This document shows positions 59,775-64,000 of a stretch of DNA of 64,000 bases, piece after piece. The DNA is from Eledone cirrhosa. Its lineage: Eukaryota. Every line of letters begins with the position of its first letter. Positions within the stretch are counted from its first letter, which is position 1. Below the pieces are notes generated by a model. It was not told where the DNA came from. It did no database searches and worked only from the letters and a program-made list of their open reading frames with translations. The position numbers and the translations under genes were made by a program. Where the stretch lies: positions 18,228,001 through 18,292,000 of the forward strand of contig OZ024765.1 in the NCBI GenBank assembly GCA_964016885.1, read 5' to 3'.

Positions 59775-59961
59775 GCGAAACATAAGTTGTTCCATCACAG
59801 TTATAGTTGGTATGAAGGCGTCGTCTTGCTGGACATAGGCGGAAAGATCACCAATGATAGGGCCTATCTCGCAGCCATTTACAGTCACCTGACCACTTAC
59901 AGACACAGAGTTGCTATTTCTTCCGGTTAACACATTCATCAGAGTAGATTTTCCGGCTCCA
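59775..59961 (-). CDS. white: ABCG exon: [15 protein letters not shown]...[23 protein letters not shown]
   Basis: Acceptor atgcag, donor gtaagt; 187 nt; Walker A and Q-loop. Confidence 0.95.
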
Positions 59962-59979
59962 CTGCATTTGGATAGAAAC

Positions 59980-61008
59980 GGTGATAATGATGATGATGAT
60001 GATGATGGTGGTGATGGTGGTGATGGTGATGGTGATGATGATGATGATGATGGTGGTGGTGTTGGTAATGATGGTGATGGATGTGATGATGATGATGATG
60101 GTGGTGTTGGTAATGATGGTGATGATGGTGATGGTGATGATGATGGTGGTGATGGTGATGGTGATGATGATGATGATGATGATGGTGGTGATGGTGGTGA
60201 TGGTGATGGTGATGATGATGATGATGATGGTGGTGTTGGTAATGATGGTGATGGATGTGATGATGATGATGATGGTGGTGTTGGTAATGATGGTGATGAT
60301 GGTGATGGTGATGATGATGGTGGTGATGGTGATGGTGATGATGATGGTGGTGATGGTGATGGTGATGATGATGATGGTGATGGTGATGAGGATGATGGTG
60401 ATGATGATGATGGTGATGGATGTGATGGTGATGGTGATGGTGATGATGGTGGTGATGGTGATGATGATGATGATGGTGGTGGTGATGGTGATGGTGATGA
60501 TGGATGTGATGATGATGGTGATGGTGATGAGGATGATGGTGGTGATGATGGTGATGATGATGATGGTGATGGATGTGATGGTGATGGTGATGGTGATGGT
60601 GATGATGATGATGGTGATGGTGGTGATGGTGATGGTGATGATGATGGTGGTGATGGTGATGGTGATGATGATGATGATGATGGTGGTGGTGTTGGTAATG
60701 ATGGTGATGGATGTGATTGTGATGATGATGATGATGGTGATGAGGATGATGGTGATGATGGTGATGATGATGATGGTGATGGATGTGATGGTGATGGTGA
60801 TGGTGATGGTGATGATGATGATGGTGATGGTGGTGATGGTGATGATGATGATGATGGTGGTGTTGGTAATGATGGTGATGGATGTGATGATGATGACGGT
60901 GATGGTGATGGTGGTGATGGTGATGATGATGATGATGATGGCGATGATACTGATGATGCTGATGATGAATGTGATGGTGATGACGACGATGATCTTGATA
61001 ATGATAAT
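59980..61008. repeat. (GAT)n/(GGT)n compound microsatellite
   Basis: Direct inspection. Confidence 0.95.
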
Positions 61009-61064
61009 CATTGCTTCTATTTTGGCACAAGAGAAACCCACACCAAGGCCAATAGCCCGGAACA

Positions 61065-61672
61065 CCATGACCAATAGTTCAATTCCCACCCCATGACCAA
61101 TAGTTCAATTCCCACCCCATGACCAATAGTTCAAACCCACCCCATAACCAATAGTTCAAACCCACCCCATAACCAATAGTTCAAACCCACCCCATAACCA
61201 ATAGTTCAAACCCACCCCATAACCAATAGTTCAAACCCACCCCATGACCAATAGTTCAAACCCACCCCATAACCAATAGTTCAAACCCACCCCATGACCA
61301 ATAGTTCAAACCCACCCCATAACCAATAGTTCAAACTCACACCATAACCAATAGTTCCAATCCACCCCATAACCAATAGTTCAAACCCCCACCATAACCA
61401 ATAGTTCAAACCCACACCATAACCAATAGTTCAAACCCACACCATAACAAATAGTTCAAACCCACCCCAAGGCCAATATTCAATTCACACCCCATGACGA
61501 ATAGTTCGATTCCCACCCCATGTCCAATAGTTCGATTCCCACCCCATGACCAATAGTTCGAATCCCACCCCATGACCAATAGTTCGAATTACCCCCCCCC
61601 CCCCCCCCCCCATGGCCAATAGTTCAATTCCCACTCCACAACCAATAGGCAGAATGCCACCCCATGTCCAAT
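61065..61672. repeat. 25/26-bp tandem repeat (cccataaccaatagttcaaacccac), ~23 copies
   Basis: Direct periodicity. Confidence 0.9.
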
Positions 61673-61799
61673 GTTACGAAAACTCGAAAGTATTTATGTA
61701 TGGATTTATAAAGAAAAGAGGAATGTTAGGTTTCTGTGGGACAAACAAAAGGAGGAAAGGTTTGTAAAGATCAGTGGAAGGTAACAAGTTAACACGTAC

Positions 61800-61848
61800 C
61801 TCGACCCCATTATCGCTACTAGTGTTCCAGGTTTTACAACACCACTGA
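61800..61848 (-). CDS. white: ABCG exon: SGVVKPGTLVAIMGS(S), start of Walker A
   Basis: Acceptor ttctag, donor gtacgt; 49 nt; phase-2 end joins the next exon to give GSSGAGKS. Confidence 0.9.
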
Positions 61849-62289
61849 CTAGAAGAAAGAAAGGAGAAAATTATAAATATATAGAGAGATAGATAGATAG
61901 ATATTTAAGTTAACGAAGTATCGTTTAAGGCGATCTGGGTAGAGGTTATGAGTACTCTGTATCGAGGGTGGTTCTAACGTTCGAGATTGTTTGACTGGAC
62001 AAGATGTTTACTTAGTTATGGTGTTCGGGTGGTCGATTCCAGACAGTTCCTAGGTAAGCAGTTCCTTGAGTATTAATAATAAAGGAGTGAAGAATAAGAT
62101 AGGTCAGCTATACAGTAGGGTTTATTCCAAGTAATTACAAGTGTTTCATTAGTTGGTGTAAACGGTACTTAAAATAAATTGTCACGACACGCTGCAGATA
62201 GCGGTTTTTAGTTACATTGGACCAATGAAACATTTGTTAATACTGGGAATAAACCCTACTGCATAGCTTATACGTGTTATTCTTCACCT

Positions 62290-62378
<89 letters not shown>

Positions 62379-62791
62379 AGTAATATATATATATATATCG
62401 TTATAGGTAATCCAGTTAGAGGTTGTGAATACTTCGTATTATGGATAGTTTTTAGCGTACGGCGTTGTTTGACTCAACAAGGGGTTTATGTAGATGACGA
62501 GTTTGTGAGTTTATGAGTTCTCTTGCATTCCTATGTAAGTTTATCTTGGAGTAATAATAATGAAAGCGTGAAGAATAACATGGTAAACAGTACAAAAAGA
62601 AGGTTTTATTTACGTATTTAAAATTGAGTGGCACAGCTTCAAGTGTTCAGCAATTTTTAGACAACTTACTCAGTGAAACAATTGTCAGACTGTAAATAAA
62701 ACCCTTTTTTTGTACTGTTGACCATGTTATTCTTCACTCTTTCATTATTATTATTATATATATATAATTTTATATTCTCCGAGTGAGAAGA

Positions 62792-62875
62792 ACCCTCTGA
62801 CGAAAGTCTCCTTCTCAATGGTGTTCCGCATGGATTATCCATTTATTTTGAGACTTGAAACCGCGCGGTAAGGGT
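62792..62875 (+). ncRNA. Canonical type I hammerhead ribozyme motif
   Basis: accct-CTGACGA-aagtctc..gagactt-GAAA-ccgcgcgg-TA-agggt. Confidence 0.8.
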
Positions 62876-62946
62876 AAATATAGCAAGTACAGTAAACTTT
62901 TTAAAATTTATTTTAAAACATTTTCTCTATTTGCTAAACCTTGATT

Positions 62947-63013
<67 letters not shown>

Positions 63014-63014
<1 letters not shown>

Positions 63015-63229
63015 AGTGGAACCTCGGTTCACGTACGCCTCTTAACATGAACAAATCGAAAAGATTTTCTTAACACAAAACGTCTCGAGTAACGAATACG
63101 CACAGCTGGCAACAAACGGTTGACAACAAGCTTGGCGTATTGGCGGGAAAGTGTCACTTGCTGTGTTGTTCGTTTCTATGGTGTCTTTCACACACAGTCT
63201 CCCTCTCTCTATATATATATCTCTCTCTA

Positions 63230-63290
<61 letters not shown>

Positions 63291-63390
63291 CAACATTTCG
63301 CATGGGAAAAATAGTTTCGGTTTACCATCGTTTTGAGTGATGAACGGCCTTCAGGAAATATTTAAGGTTGTGAACCGAGAGATTCCACTG
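63014..63390. mobile_element. pogo/Tigger-like MITE
   Basis: TIRs cagtggaacctcggttcac / gtgaaccgagagattccactg. Confidence 0.7.
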
Positions 63391-63394
63391 AGTG

Positions 63395-63448
<54 letters not shown>

Positions 63449-63624
63449 AACGAGTAGGATCCTGACGGCTGAGCTCAAGCCGTTTCTCTATTTGCTCAAG
63501 CCGTTTCGAAGGCTAATTCTGGACTAAAATGGTCCTACTCGTTCCTATTACCCACTCTACTACCCTAAGTATTGATTACTTTGGTGCGTTATGGTCCACC
63601 TGGTTCCTTACCACATTTCTTCCG

Positions 63625-63675
<51 letters not shown>

Positions 63676-63732
63676 CAAAGATATATATATTAATGAATAT
63701 ATAATTATATACATATATATTTACATAGTCAG

Positions 63733-63772
<40 letters not shown>

Positions 63773-63831
63773 GACTGACTATGTAAATATATATGTATAT
63801 AATTATATATTCATTAATATATATATCTTTG

Positions 63832-63868
<37 letters not shown>

Positions 63869-64000
63869 TTAATATAGATGAGATTCTACAGGACTAGAAC
63901 TGTTTCATTCTTTAGAAATCATCATTTTCTAAAGAATGAAACAGTTCTAGTCCTGTAGAATCTCATCTATATTAAAACTTTTATACTCTGCTATGTATTG

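Noticed and set aside
59911-61096. Poly-D/G, poly-H, poly-M/V and poly-I/T ORFs
   Set aside because: Stop-free trinucleotide repeat inside an intron, open in several frames.

Overview
Eukaryotic, AT-rich, microsatellite-saturated animal DNA. The SINE types and repeat landscape suggest an octopus or another cephalopod (inference). The only host gene is an internal part of a white/scarlet-type ABCG half-transporter on the minus strand. I assembled 13 small GT-AG exons by hand (61848 down to 4016, about 1254 coding nt, all junction phases compatible). They cover Walker A, the signature motif, Walker B, the H-loop, CPTNYNPADF and the first transmembrane helices; both gene ends lie outside the window. 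Almost all ORF-track entries are microsatellite artefacts. The introns hold tRNA-derived SINEs, a Helitron, hAT/pogo/Tc1 MITEs and fragments, Tx1/L1-, RTE- and R4/Dong-like LINE remnants, and several minisatellites, many derived from transposon pieces. The most striking feature is a set of roughly ten distinct families of short fold-back (inverted-repeat) elements in (TA)n tracts. They carry hammerhead-ribozyme motifs, one family with a U3-A8 core variant, and two flank decayed Penelope GIY-YIG endonuclease sequence. All calls are by eye; nothing was computed or database-searched.
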